The position numbers were made by a program, and so were the translations under genes. Below the pieces are notes generated by a model. That model was not told the DNA's origin and did no database searches. It worked only from the letters and a program-made list of their open reading frames with translations. Of a stretch of 64,000 bases of DNA, positions 9,377 to 19,122 are shown piece by piece. The stretch spans positions 14,356-78,355 of the forward strand of contig CAZUDW010000001.1 in assembly GCA_964619305.1 (NCBI GenBank), given 5' to 3'. Every line of letters starts with the position of its first letter. Positions within the stretch are counted from its first letter, which is position 1. Origin of the DNA: an uncultured Flavobacteriales bacterium. GTDB lineage: Bacteria; Bacteroidota; Bacteroidia; Flavobacteriales_H; CAZUDW01.

Positions 9377-10147
9377 ATGATCTTTACAGATTCTCACACT
9401 CACTTGTATCTTCCCGAATTTGATGATGACCGCCACATGGTGATTCATCGTGCAATAAAGGCAGGTATTGAACGCATGTTCTTACCCAACATAGACAGCC
9501 ATACAATTAGAATGCTACATTCTATGTGCAGTTTAAAACCTTCCAGTCTTTTTCCTATGATGGGATTGCATCCTTGCTCTGTTGATGAAAATTATCTGAA
9601 GGAGCTTAGTCTGGTCGAAAAATTGCTTACTGAGAAACGCTATGCCGCTGTGGGAGAGATAGGCATTGATCTCTATTGGGATATTAAATTTAAAAAAGAG
9701 CAGATAGAAGCATTTACTTCACAGGTTAAACTGGCAAAAAATCATAACCTTGCCGTTGTCATCCATGTGCGTAATGCATTTGATGATGTTTTTGAGGTAA
9801 TTGACCTACTAAACGATGATACTCTTAAAGGAATTTTTCACTGTTTTAACGGAAATGAGCAGCAGGCAATGAAAGCCCTTTCGTATGGAGGATTCAAGTT
9901 GGGCATTGGCGGCATGATCACTTTTAAAAACTCAACTCTTGCTGGTGTTGTAGAAAAGATAAAACTGGAGGATATAGTGCTTGAGACCGATGCACCATAC
10001 CTGACACCGGCACCACACCGTGGTAAAAGAAATGAAAGTGTTTACCTTGTGCAAATCGCAAAGAAGATAGCTCAGATCAAACGTTGCTCCTTACAGGCAG
10101 TAGCGGATGTAACTACCTCCAACAGCCGGGAGGTTTTCGGGATGTAA
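9377..10147 (+). CDS. tatD: TatD family metal-dependent hydrolase (DNase)
   Basis: 256 aa. N-terminal FTDSHTHL and conserved His/Asp/Glu metal ligands. Confidence 0.9.
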   Translation: MIFTDSHTHLYLPEFDDDRHMVIHRAIKAGIERMFLPNIDSHTIRMLHSMCSLKPSSLFPMMGLHPCSVDENYLKELSLVEKLLTEKRYAAVGEIGIDLYWDIKFKKEQIEAFTSQVKLAKNHNLAVVIHVRNAFDDVFEVIDLLNDDTLKGIFHCFNGNEQQAMKALSYGGFKLGIGGMITFKNSTLAGVVEKIKLEDIVLETDAPYLTPAPHRGKRNESVYLVQIAKKIAQIKRCSLQAVADVTTSNSREVFGM

Positions 10148-10413
10148 AGCATAAAATCAAAAAGGAATTATGGAATTTTTTCTGAGAAATTGTATCTCGC
10201 GGTAGCAGAATCGGGACTCTCCACGAACCATGTTGTAGGGAACACGAATCACGTTGGACTACCCTGGATTTAAATTTCCCTGCCCTAAAGGACAGGGCTT
10301 TGAGAATAAATTTTAACCAGTCTAAGGGCCATCATTATACAAATCTATCAAGTTAAACATCCATATAATGAATTTATCACAATCTTTGCGTTAGGTTAGT
10401 TAATAATTGAGTT

Positions 10414-12555
10414 ATGTCTAAATATAAAGGGAGGAAAAAGAAGAAAATACTCAAAATAAAAAAACAGGCAACAGAACAAGATGCAGTTGGAACGAATGGT
10501 AATGTTGTTTCTTCTGATTCATCCTCTTACCTGAGAAAACCGAAAATATTGTTGTTTTTGCTCGGCTTTGTTCTTTTTGCTAACACCATACCTTTTGAAC
10601 ATGCACTAGATGACAAACTTGCAATTACACACAACCAATTTACTAAAAAAGGCATCAAAGGGATACCGGATATATGCTCAAACGATCTTTTGGTTGGTTT
10701 TTATGGTAAAAAGCGCAACCTCCTTGCCGGCAGCAGATATCGCCCACTTTCGTTGGTAACATTTGCTATTGAATGGAGTTTATTTGGCCCCTCACCGGGT
10801 ATCAAAGACCCTGTCCTGATCGAATCCAAACTTGCCACCCTTGCACATCTGAGCCATTTTATCAACTCTTTGCTGTATGGGCTGACGGGAATAGTCCTTT
10901 TCCTTGTACTTATGCAGCTTTTCCCTGATGAAAAAGATAAAGCATGGTACTTCTCCGTACCTTTTATTGCTTCAGTACTTTATTTAACGCACCCACTCCA
11001 CACGGAAGTTGTGGCTAACATTAAAAGCCGTGATGAGTTGATGAGTGTGTTGGGTGCTCTTGCAACATTGTTTTATACAATGAAATATCTTGCTACAAAA
11101 AACAATAAGAACCTGTGGTTTGCAGCTATTCTGTTTATACTCAGTTTGTTTGCAAAAGAAACAGCCATCACTTTCCTTGGAATTATCCCATTGGCGATCT
11201 ATTTTTTCACAAAACATTCTATCAAGGAAAATTTAATTGCATGCTTACCTCTTGGATTTGCTGCTATTATTTATGTAAGTATTCGTTATGCTGTGGTGGG
11301 TTCGTCACAATTACACCCTGTACCAGAATTACTTAACGATCCCTACCTTTATGCTACGACAAGTGAAAAAATCGCCACCATTTTTTACACTATGGGCATC
11401 TACCTCAAACTACTGCTGTTCCCCCACCCTTTGACCCATGATTACTATCCATGGCATCCGGTCTTGCATGGCAGTTTCACATGGGGACATTTCCCTTACT
11501 TGAACTGGTCATCACCTGCTGTAGTAATCTCCTTTCTCCTCTATTTGATACTCTTCATAACAGGAATTGCCGGTATACGCAAAAAGAAACTGCTTTCTTT
11601 TTGCATATTACAGTTTATGATCTCTTTTCTTTTATTTTCAAATCTCTTCTTCGCTATCGGCACTTTTATGAATGAACGATTTATGTACCTGCCTTCATTG
11701 GGTTATTGTCTCTTTCTTGGATGGATCATAGGGGTCAAACTGCCTAAGTTGAATAAATCCATAAAATTAGCAGGTGCTGTATTCTTAGTGCTTGCGCTGG
11801 CTTTTTCAATCAAAACAGTGACCCGAAATGCTGCATGGAGAAACGATTTTACCCTGGCCACTACAGATGTGTTGACATCTGTCAACAGCACTAAGGTGAA
11901 TATGTCAGCCGGGCTTGCTTTGGTACACCAGGTGGAAAACAACCCGGAAATTGCAGGGAAAACCAAAATACTTGACAAAGCAATTTCATACCTCAATCAT
12001 TCTATTCAGTTATACCCTAATTATATACAATCTCTGGTTATATTAGGAAGTGCCTATTTTTTAAAAGACAATTTTGAGAAAGCCTATATATATCTGAAAC
12101 AGGCGCTTAAAGTAAATTTCAAGTTCAATGATGCACGAAAGAATATGTACAGGCTGGGTTTGCAATGTGAAGAAAAAGGACGAAACACGCTTGCAGTTCA
12201 ATGTTACAACGAAGTGCTGAAATATTATCCAGAGGATACAGAAGTGCTGGGTGCTCTCGGCAAAGTATATGCCCGTGGAATGAACCAGCCTGATAAGGCT
12301 CTGCAATATCTGGAAAAAGCTTATGAATTGGATCCGAATAATACAGATATCATTCAGAAAATTGGTGTTGTCTATGCCACTTCGGGCAAAACATCCGAAG
12401 CAATAGAAATGTTTAAAAAAGGCCTTGCAATCAATTCAAACAATGCCCATATCATTATGAATATTGGGATTGCATATAAAAGCATCGGTGATGATTCACT
12501 GGGACAGCAGTATCTGGATAGGGCATTTCAAATTGATCCAAGTTTAAAACAATAA
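10414..12555 (+). CDS. TMTC-like multi-pass membrane protein (DUF1736, GT-C-like) with C-terminal TPR repeats
   Basis: 713 aa. About 11 TM segments with FxxDDxxxIxxN, YRPL and HPxHTEVV motifs typical of the TMTC/DUF1736 family, then at least 6 TPR repeats. Paralogous to the CDS at 44315..46276. Confidence 0.75.
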   Translation: MSKYKGRKKKKILKIKKQATEQDAVGTNGNVVSSDSSSYLRKPKILLFLLGFVLFANTIPFEHALDDKLAITHNQFTKKGIKGIPDICSNDLLVGFYGKKRNLLAGSRYRPLSLVTFAIEWSLFGPSPGIKDPVLIESKLATLAHLSHFINSLLYGLTGIVLFLVLMQLFPDEKDKAWYFSVPFIASVLYLTHPLHTEVVANIKSRDELMSVLGALATLFYTMKYLATKNNKNLWFAAILFILSLFAKETAITFLGIIPLAIYFFTKHSIKENLIACLPLGFAAIIYVSIRYAVVGSSQLHPVPELLNDPYLYATTSEKIATIFYTMGIYLKLLLFPHPLTHDYYPWHPVLHGSFTWGHFPYLNWSSPAVVISFLLYLILFITGIAGIRKKKLLSFCILQFMISFLLFSNLFFAIGTFMNERFMYLPSLGYCLFLGWIIGVKLPKLNKSIKLAGAVFLVLALAFSIKTVTRNAAWRNDFTLATTDVLTSVNSTKVNMSAGLALVHQVENNPEIAGKTKILDKAISYLNHSIQLYPNYIQSLVILGSAYFLKDNFEKAYIYLKQALKVNFKFNDARKNMYRLGLQCEEKGRNTLAVQCYNEVLKYYPEDTEVLGALGKVYARGMNQPDKALQYLEKAYELDPNNTDIIQKIGVVYATSGKTSEAIEMFKKGLAINSNNAHIIMNIGIAYKSIGDDSLGQQYLDRAFQIDPSLKQ

Positions 12556-12624
12556 TAGATTTTGTTTTGTTAATACAATTTTATTTACTTTGGCTGCTCG
12601 TTTTTTGAGAGGGACAACCACCAG

Positions 12625-12712
12625 GGAGAGGTGGCCGAGAGGCTTAAGGCGCACGCTTGGAAAGCGTGTATCCGCCAAAAGCGGATCGGGGGTTCGAATC
12701 CCTCCCTCTCCG
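12625..12712 (+). tRNA. tRNA-Ser (anticodon GGA), class II with long variable arm
   Basis: Acceptor GGAGAGG/CCTCTCC, anticodon stem CACGC/GCGTG with loop TTGGAAA, long variable arm TATCCGCCAAAAGCGGATC, T-arm GGGGGTTCGAATCCCTC. Confidence 0.9.
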
Positions 12713-12766
12713 CAAAAGAGTTTATCGTTAATTAATAATATTGTTGAATAAATTTAAAAAGATGCT

Positions 12767-13612
12767 ATGAAGAAAATAATCACATTGTTTGCTATCACGG
12801 GTTTGATCTCTGTTGGGACAACAGGCAGTCTGTGTGCCCAAAACAAGGACACAACTGCAGGAACAGAAGTAACTGACAGCAACACAACTGAAACAGCACC
12901 CTTGGAAGAACCTACTGTTGAAAAAACAGATGTTGCGACAGAAACGACTGACACTGCTATGGATGAAGACCGTTCATTCACCCAGGTAGTAAAAGACAAG
13001 TTCATCGAAGGTGGCCCGGGTTTTATGGCTTTCATTTTGATCTGCCTGATTTTTGGTCTAGCGATTTGTATAGAAAGAATCATATATCTCAATATGGCTT
13101 CTACAAACACTAAAAAACTACTTGATAATGTAGAAAATAGCCTGAAATCCGGAGGTATTGATGCAGCAATGGAAGTATGCCGCAATACAAAAGGCCCTGT
13201 AGCAAGTATTTTCTACCAAGGACTGAGCAGGGCTGATACCGGTATAGAAATGGTTGAAAAATCGGTGGAGACTTACGGAAGTGTACAAATGGGTTTGCTC
13301 GAGCGTGGTTTATCCTGGATATCTTTATTTATAGCTTTAGCACCTATGCTCGGATTCTTTGGAACTGTTATTGGTATGATCAGCGCTTTTGATGCCATCG
13401 CACAGGCAAACAACATTTCTCCGGGTATTGTTGCAGGTGGTATTGGTGTTGCGCTGATAACAACCGTCTCCGGTTTGCTGGTAGCAATGGTTTTGCAAGT
13501 CTTTTACAACTATATTGTTGCTAAAATCGACAGCATTGTGAATGACATGGAAGATTCTTCTATCTCATTGGTTGATTTACTCCTTAAACATAAAATCAAA
13601 ACCCATAACTGA
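12767..13612 (+). CDS. exbB: MotA/TolQ/ExbB proton-channel family protein (ExbB) with long acidic Thr/Glu-rich periplasmic N-extension
   Basis: 281 aa. Signal peptide, a low-complexity T/E/D-rich stretch, then three TM helices with the conserved ExbB C-terminal core. Confidence 0.85.
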   Translation: MKKIITLFAITGLISVGTTGSLCAQNKDTTAGTEVTDSNTTETAPLEEPTVEKTDVATETTDTAMDEDRSFTQVVKDKFIEGGPGFMAFILICLIFGLAICIERIIYLNMASTNTKKLLDNVENSLKSGGIDAAMEVCRNTKGPVASIFYQGLSRADTGIEMVEKSVETYGSVQMGLLERGLSWISLFIALAPMLGFFGTVIGMISAFDAIAQANNISPGIVAGGIGVALITTVSGLLVAMVLQVFYNYIVAKIDSIVNDMEDSSISLVDLLLKHKIKTHN

Positions 13613-13617
13613 TTCTT

Positions 13618-14007
13618 ATGAAAAAACTTTCTCAATATTCGATGTATGTCTTGTTGATTTGGGGAGTAATTGCATTCTTCCTATCTATTTTTGGTGATAA
13701 CCATGAACCGCTGATCAATTCGATGTATGTGTATTTTAGTATCTGCGTTATAGTTACTCTGATTGCAACGGTTGTTGGAATGATTAATAAACCAGGTAGC
13801 CTGAAAGGGGCAATAATAGGTATTGCCGGTTTTATCTTCATTGGTATCATCGCATACATACTTGCTGATGATAGTGTATATGAAGGTCAGGAAATCACAG
13901 CTTCCACATCAAAATGGGTGGGGATGGGATTATATATGTTTTACATATTGCTTTTTCTCTCTGTTGCTGTAATTGCGTATACAGGTATTGCAAAATATTT
14001 TAGATAA
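13618..14007 (+). CDS. Small 4-TM membrane protein encoded between exbB and exbD (hypothetical)
   Basis: 129 aa, entirely hydrophobic helices. Only 5 nt separate it from exbB, so it is likely cotranscribed. Confidence 0.5.
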   Translation: MKKLSQYSMYVLLIWGVIAFFLSIFGDNHEPLINSMYVYFSICVIVTLIATVVGMINKPGSLKGAIIGIAGFIFIGIIAYILADDSVYEGQEITASTSKWVGMGLYMFYILLFLSVAVIAYTGIAKYFR

Positions 14008-14015
14008 AATCATAG

Positions 14016-14693
14016 ATGGCGCTTGACAAAAGAACACCACCTGAAATCAATGCCAGTTCAATGGCAGATATTGCATTTCTATTGCTTGTGTTTTTCCTGG
14101 TGACAACTACTATGGACAGCCCACTTGGCATCGCACGTCTTTTACCTCCACCACAGGACATTAACATTCAACCACCGAAGTTTCTGGAACGCAACGTTTT
14201 CACCGTTCTTGCCAACAAAAATGACCAGTTACTTGTAGAAAATGGATTGATGGAAATAACACAACTGAAAGCTGCAGCCAAAGAGTTTATTGAGAACCCT
14301 AATAATAAAGAATCTCTACCAGAGAAAAAACTGATCACAAAAGAACTATGTAAGAAGAACATCGCCATCCTTTCATCCTCTTCTTCTGAAGATACAGTTG
14401 TTGGAAATTTGAAATCCTGGCAGAGAAAACTCGATGCAGTTGAAACCGTTGGGCAGTATTGGGAAACTAAAGGTGTGATCTCTTTACAAAACGACAGAGG
14501 TACTTCATATAAGTTGTATATACAGGTGCAGAATGAACTGGCCGCTGCTTATCATGAACTGAGGGATGAATTTGCTAAAGAAAAATTCGGAAAAACTTTC
14601 GATCAACTTGATAAAACCCAACACAGAATCGTTCAAACAGTGGTCCCTCAAAAGATATCAGAAGCGGAACCCGTAAATTACGGAGGACAATAA
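14016..14693 (+). CDS. exbD: Biopolymer transport protein ExbD/TolR
   Basis: 225 aa. N-terminal ExbD signature …INASSMADIAFLLLVFFLVTT. Confidence 0.8.
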   Translation: MALDKRTPPEINASSMADIAFLLLVFFLVTTTMDSPLGIARLLPPPQDINIQPPKFLERNVFTVLANKNDQLLVENGLMEITQLKAAAKEFIENPNNKESLPEKKLITKELCKKNIAILSSSSSEDTVVGNLKSWQRKLDAVETVGQYWETKGVISLQNDRGTSYKLYIQVQNELAAAYHELRDEFAKEKFGKTFDQLDKTQHRIVQTVVPQKISEAEPVNYGGQ

Positions 14694-14695
14694 CC

Positions 14696-15160
14696 ATGGG
14701 AAAGTTTGGAAGAAAAGGAAAAAACAACAGTCCGGGTATATCTACTGCTTCTTTACCTGATATCGTATTCATGTTGTTATTTTTCTTTATGGTTTCTACC
14801 GTGCTTAGGGAAGTCGATCTGAAGGTAAAAGTAGATCAACCAGAAGCAACAGAAGTTCAAAAAATCGAGAACAAGTCTTTGGTTGATTACATCTATATTG
14901 GCACTCCATTTGAAGAAGAAAAATATGGCACAGAACCCCGAATTCAACTTAATGATGATTTTGCAACAATTAATGATATTCAACCATTTATTGTAACTGG
15001 TCGTGAAAACAGACCGGAAGCAGTTGCTAACAAAGTCACAACATCACTTAAAGTTGATAAAGAAATAAAAATGGGTATCGTAACTGATGTCAAACAACAG
15101 TTAAGGAAAATTTACGCCCTTAAGGTAAATTATTCCACACATTTGGCAGCAGCTAAATAA
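14696..15160 (+). CDS. exbD: Biopolymer transport protein ExbD/TolR (second copy)
   Basis: 154 aa. …LPDIVFMLLFFFMVST ExbD N-terminal TM motif, 2 nt after the first exbD. Confidence 0.8.
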   Translation: MGKFGRKGKNNSPGISTASLPDIVFMLLFFFMVSTVLREVDLKVKVDQPEATEVQKIENKSLVDYIYIGTPFEEEKYGTEPRIQLNDDFATINDIQPFIVTGRENRPEAVANKVTTSLKVDKEIKMGIVTDVKQQLRKIYALKVNYSTHLAAAK

Positions 15161-16109
15161 ATTTTGCTCTGCTGTACCACTTGGATCGTAAACCAAAGAG
15201 TATAGTAATAATCAGCACTACACTTAATAAGGAATACCAGATATCTCCTGTTGCCGTTCCAAAAGTTTCCAGTTCTCCTGGCATCAAACCTTTCTGGCTT
15301 AAAAATGCCATAAACACCGCCAAACCATTATTAATAAAATGTGCGATAATAGGATACCACAATGAGCCGCTCCAAACAAGTAAATAACCAAACATTGCAC
15401 CCAGTAACATGCGAGGTATTAAGCCAAAAAATTGCGCATGAAGTGCACTAAATAATAATGCTGATATCCAAATTCCGGCATGATTATTACCTGTCCATCT
15501 TATGAGTAATTTTTGCAATACACCTCTGAACAAAAGTTCTTCTCCTATTCCAGGAATTACTGCTATCAACAGTAAATTACCTATAAAATCCATACCTGAA
15601 TTCATCTTTAAAAATGCCTCGGTGAGTTGCTTTGCCTGAAGTTCAGCATCCTTCATCCATTGCTCAACATTCGATAGGAAATCCGGTAAAGTCATCGAAG
15701 CATTTAAAGCAGCAAGCCAGTTTATGACAGGTATTGATATTAACATAAGAATTATTACCGTAGCCATTTCAGGTAACTTAACATGTTTCTTTAAAGAGAG
15801 ATATTTTAACCATTTTTTATCCGAAATGTAAGCAAACAGAACAGGAGGCAGGATAAACAAACCTATTGAAGTAAACCACTGCATAAATTTCAAAGAAGCT
15901 ATGGTATTAGCATCTGAAAGATCTATGACTCCCCCCAGAGTAAGACTGTTGACTCCATAAACTCCTGCAGTTATTGCTAATGCTACCACAGAAAATATCA
16001 TAATTGAAATCCCTGTGATACCTAAAAAAACAGTTAACTGCACACTTACCGCCTGTTTTCCAATAAGTTTTTTACCCTCTGAATCATCCATATTCAGTAA
16101 TTTTACCAT
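15153..16109 (-). CDS. CPBP family intramembrane glutamic endopeptidase (CAAX protease/Abi family)
   Basis: GEELLFRG (EExxxR motif) and FSALHAQFFG (second His motif) in a multi-TM protein. The ORF extends to 16205. The start is placed at the internal Met at 16109 to avoid a 96-nt overlap with dus; the true start is uncertain. Confidence 0.7.
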   Translation of the reverse strand: MVKLLNMDDSEGKKLIGKQAVSVQLTVFLGITGISIMIFSVVALAITAGVYGVNSLTLGGVIDLSDANTIASLKFMQWFTSIGLFILPPVLFAYISDKKWLKYLSLKKHVKLPEMATVIILMLISIPVINWLAALNASMTLPDFLSNVEQWMKDAELQAKQLTEAFLKMNSGMDFIGNLLLIAVIPGIGEELLFRGVLQKLLIRWTGNNHAGIWISALLFSALHAQFFGLIPRMLLGAMFGYLLVWSGSLWYPIIAHFINNGLAVFMAFLSQKGLMPGELETFGTATGDIWYSLLSVVLIITILFGLRSKWYSRAKFI

Positions 16110-17102
16110 TTGAATCAGCCAGTAAAAATAGGTAATATTAAGCTCAGTGCATTTCCACTTCTCCTTGCACCTATGGAGGATGTAAGCGATTTCCCTTTTA
16201 GACATTTGTGCAAAATGCTTGGTGCAGATGTAGTTATTACAGAGTTTATATCCTCTGAAGGTTTGATTAGGAACGCTTCTAAAAGCTTAAAAAAACTGGA
16301 AATCTATGATGAAGAAAGACCAGTTGGAATCCAGATTTTCGGTAATGATATTAAACACATGCGAGAGGCTGCAGTGATTGCTGAAGATTCCAATCCTGAT
16401 TTTATTGACATCAATTATGGATGTCCTGTGAAAAAAGTCGCAAATTCAGGAGCCGGAGCAGGCATACTGAGAGATATTCCAAAAATGGTTCGGATGACTA
16501 AAGAAATAGTAGAGAATACGCATTTACCAGTAACGGTAAAAACTCGCCTCGGTTGGGACGATGACACAAAACATATTATCACAGTCGCAGAAGCTTTACA
16601 GGATGTTGGTATTGCTGCAATCTCAATTCATGGTCGCACACGGATACAAATGTTTAAAGGAAAAGCTGACTGGACCCTGATAGGAGAAGTAAAAAATAAT
16701 CCACGTATGCTTATCCCAGTATTTGGCAACGGGGATGTAAAAACGGTTGAACAAGCATTTAAAGTAAAAGAAAAATACAATGTTGATGGTGTGATGATCG
16801 GCAGAGGTGCTATTGGAAATCCGTGGCTATTCAGAGATATTAAACATTATGGTCAAACATTTCAGAAATTGCCATCTGTCAGTCTGAAAGAAAAAGCTGA
16901 TATAGTTAAAACCCATCTGATCAAAACTGTGGAGTGGAAAGGAGAAAGAAGAGGCATATTAGAAATGAGGAAACATTATGCAGGTTATTTTAAAAATATA
17001 CCTAACTTTAAACCAATGCGAATGAAACTGGTAACAACTGAAGACCTCAATAAGCTGATTGAATTAATTGACTCCATTCCTGATAATTTTCATGAAAATT
17101 AA
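16110..17102 (+). CDS. dus: tRNA-dihydrouridine synthase
   Basis: 330 aa. N-terminal KIGNIKL…LAPMEDVSDxPFR, the catalytic Cys region INYGCPVKKV, and a TIM-barrel Dus pattern. Confidence 0.9.
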   Translation: MNQPVKIGNIKLSAFPLLLAPMEDVSDFPFRHLCKMLGADVVITEFISSEGLIRNASKSLKKLEIYDEERPVGIQIFGNDIKHMREAAVIAEDSNPDFIDINYGCPVKKVANSGAGAGILRDIPKMVRMTKEIVENTHLPVTVKTRLGWDDDTKHIITVAEALQDVGIAAISIHGRTRIQMFKGKADWTLIGEVKNNPRMLIPVFGNGDVKTVEQAFKVKEKYNVDGVMIGRGAIGNPWLFRDIKHYGQTFQKLPSVSLKEKADIVKTHLIKTVEWKGERRGILEMRKHYAGYFKNIPNFKPMRMKLVTTEDLNKLIELIDSIPDNFHEN

Positions 17103-17161
17103 ATACTAAGGTGTTCTCTATTTTAAATTGGCGTGATAATATTTACTAAAAGTATTTTTGC

Positions 17162-17857
17162 ATGGTGCAGGAAAATAATTTAAATATCCTTTATGAAGAC
17201 AAGCATTTAATCGCTGTAAATAAACGTTCGTCTGAAATTGTACAAGGAGATAGCACTGGTGATATCCCCCTCTGCGATCATTTAAAGCAATATCTTAAAC
17301 TCAAGTACAATAAACCAGGCAATGTATATGTTGGTGTCCCCCACCGCCTGGATCGGCCGGTGAGTGGAGTAGTTTTGTTCACCCGTACAAGCAAAGCATT
17401 GAGCAGACTGAATGAAATGTTCAGAAATGGTGAAGTGTCGAAAACTTACTGGGCTTTGGTGCAGAATATGCCACCTCAGACCCATGATGCTTTAACACAC
17501 TACATCAGGAAAAATAAAAAACTCAATAAATCATTTATTTCTCCTAACAAAAAAAATAATTACAAAGAAGCTCGCCTCACATATACACTGATAGGAAAGA
17601 CAAATCATTATTTCCTGCTGGAAATTGATCTCCATACAGGAAGGCATCACCAAATTCGTGCTCAACTATCCACTATTGACTGCCCTGTTAAAGGAGATAT
17701 TAAATATGGAAGCCGAAGATCTAATACGAATGGTTCAATATGTCTCCATGCTAGGAGCATTTCTTTTATTCATCCGGTTCGTAAAGACTTAATAACGATT
17801 ACTGCCCCTCTTCCAGATACCTCTATCTGGAATGCCTGCGATGATCTGTTCGGATGA
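17162..17857 (+). CDS. RluA family pseudouridine synthase
   Basis: 231 aa. HRLDRPVSG catalytic Asp motif. Confidence 0.85.
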   Translation: MVQENNLNILYEDKHLIAVNKRSSEIVQGDSTGDIPLCDHLKQYLKLKYNKPGNVYVGVPHRLDRPVSGVVLFTRTSKALSRLNEMFRNGEVSKTYWALVQNMPPQTHDALTHYIRKNKKLNKSFISPNKKNNYKEARLTYTLIGKTNHYFLLEIDLHTGRHHQIRAQLSTIDCPVKGDIKYGSRRSNTNGSICLHARSISFIHPVRKDLITITAPLPDTSIWNACDDLFG

Positions 17858-17991
17858 TTGCTCATTGCCGAACAAACTTAATAGTTACTGGCAAAATGCA
17901 GCTAAACTGACTCTGCTGAATTAAAATTTATAATGCACCCTCATAAATGTTACTAATGAAAATATGCTGATAAAAGCAAAGAGTTCAAATC

Positions 17992-19095
17992 CTATGTTCT
18001 TTCAAATAATTTTCCAGGTTGGGTACGCACCATGCCCTTAAACTCCAGTTCCAGCAATGAAGCAGAAACAGTGCTTATTGTCATTTCTGTTCTCAATGCT
18101 ATTTCATCAATGCTTGCCTTTCCGTTTATATCTATAAATTTCATAATTGTTTTTTCATCCTCTGAAAGTTCTGTAAAGAGAGATTTTTGAATCGATCTTA
18201 ATGATTGTTTTCTTTCCCAATTCATCTCTTTTTCAATTTCTTCAGCATTTTCAACCAATACTGCCCTGTTGCTTTTGATCAGGAAATTGCAACCGGCAGA
18301 ATGCGGATCTCCTACCCTGCCGGGTATTGCAAAAACATCTCTGTTATAACTATTTGCAATACTCGCTGTTATCATAGAGCCCCCTTTAATACCTGATTCA
18401 ACAACAAGTATAGCATCAGACATTCCGGCAATTATCCGGTTGCGTTGTGGAAAATTTTCCCTGTCTGGTTTGGTGTGGGAAAGGAACTCAGTAATAACTC
18501 CTCCATTTGTTAGCATTTCTATAACGATTTTTTTATGCTGGACAGGATAAATTCTGTCTAAACCATGACCAAGAACAGCAACTGTCTGCAAATCATTTTT
18601 CACTGCTGTATTATGAGCACAAATATCTATTCCATAAGCAAGTCCGCTCACAATTAAAGGATCTTGTGGCGCCAAAGATCCTACTAACTCTTTGCAAATG
18701 GCTCTACCATATTCTGTAGCTTTTCTTGTACCAACTATTGCAATTGTCTTCTCAGCATTCAGGCACATTTTACCTTTACAAAAAATCATCACAGGGCCAT
18801 CATCACAATACTTCAATCTTTTTGGATAAGCTTCATCAAGATAGTAAAGAGGTGTAATATCATGTTTCAGGATAAAGTCAACTTCTTTTTCTGCTCTTTT
18901 CAATATAGTCGGATCATTAATCCTATTAGATAAAGGAATTTTTATACCCGGAACTTTAATCTTTTTAAGAATAGAATCCTTTTCTGTAAAAAGGGCTTCT
19001 ACCCCACCACAATATGCTATCAATTTCTTAGCCGATCTATTGCCAATACCCTCAATCAGGGTAATGGCAATCTGGTATATGAGCTTCTCTTCCAC
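17992..19095 (-). CDS. dprA: DNA-processing protein DprA (Smf)
   Basis: 367 aa. N-terminal SAM-like IEGIGNRSAKKLIAYCGG, Rossmann core GLAYGIDICAHNTA, and a C-terminal winged-helix-like tail. Confidence 0.9.
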   Translation of the reverse strand: MEEKLIYQIAITLIEGIGNRSAKKLIAYCGGVEALFTEKDSILKKIKVPGIKIPLSNRINDPTILKRAEKEVDFILKHDITPLYYLDEAYPKRLKYCDDGPVMIFCKGKMCLNAEKTIAIVGTRKATEYGRAICKELVGSLAPQDPLIVSGLAYGIDICAHNTAVKNDLQTVAVLGHGLDRIYPVQHKKIVIEMLTNGGVITEFLSHTKPDRENFPQRNRIIAGMSDAILVVESGIKGGSMITASIANSYNRDVFAIPGRVGDPHSAGCNFLIKSNRAVLVENAEEIEKEMNWERKQSLRSIQKSLFTELSEDEKTIMKFIDINGKASIDEIALRTEMTISTVSASLLELEFKGMVRTQPGKLFERT

Positions 19096-19122
19096 TTAAA
19101 ATTTATTCCGTAATTTGCGGCA

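Noticed and set aside
10148-10413. TPP riboswitch
   Set aside because: It has CTGAGA and TAGGGAA fragments but lacks the conserved ACCUGAUCUGGAUAAUGCCAGCG core, and the downstream gene is not thiamine-related.
9040-12766. tRNA-associated genomic island / integrative element at tRNA-Phe or tRNA-Ser
   Set aside because: There is no integrase, recombinase, or direct repeat of a tRNA 3' end nearby. The flanking genes are housekeeping (coaX, tatD, exbBD).
12754-13185. 143-aa ORF antisense to exbB
   Set aside because: It lies entirely inside a well-supported ExbB coding region on the opposite strand. It is a low-complexity translation with no motif; an antisense artefact.
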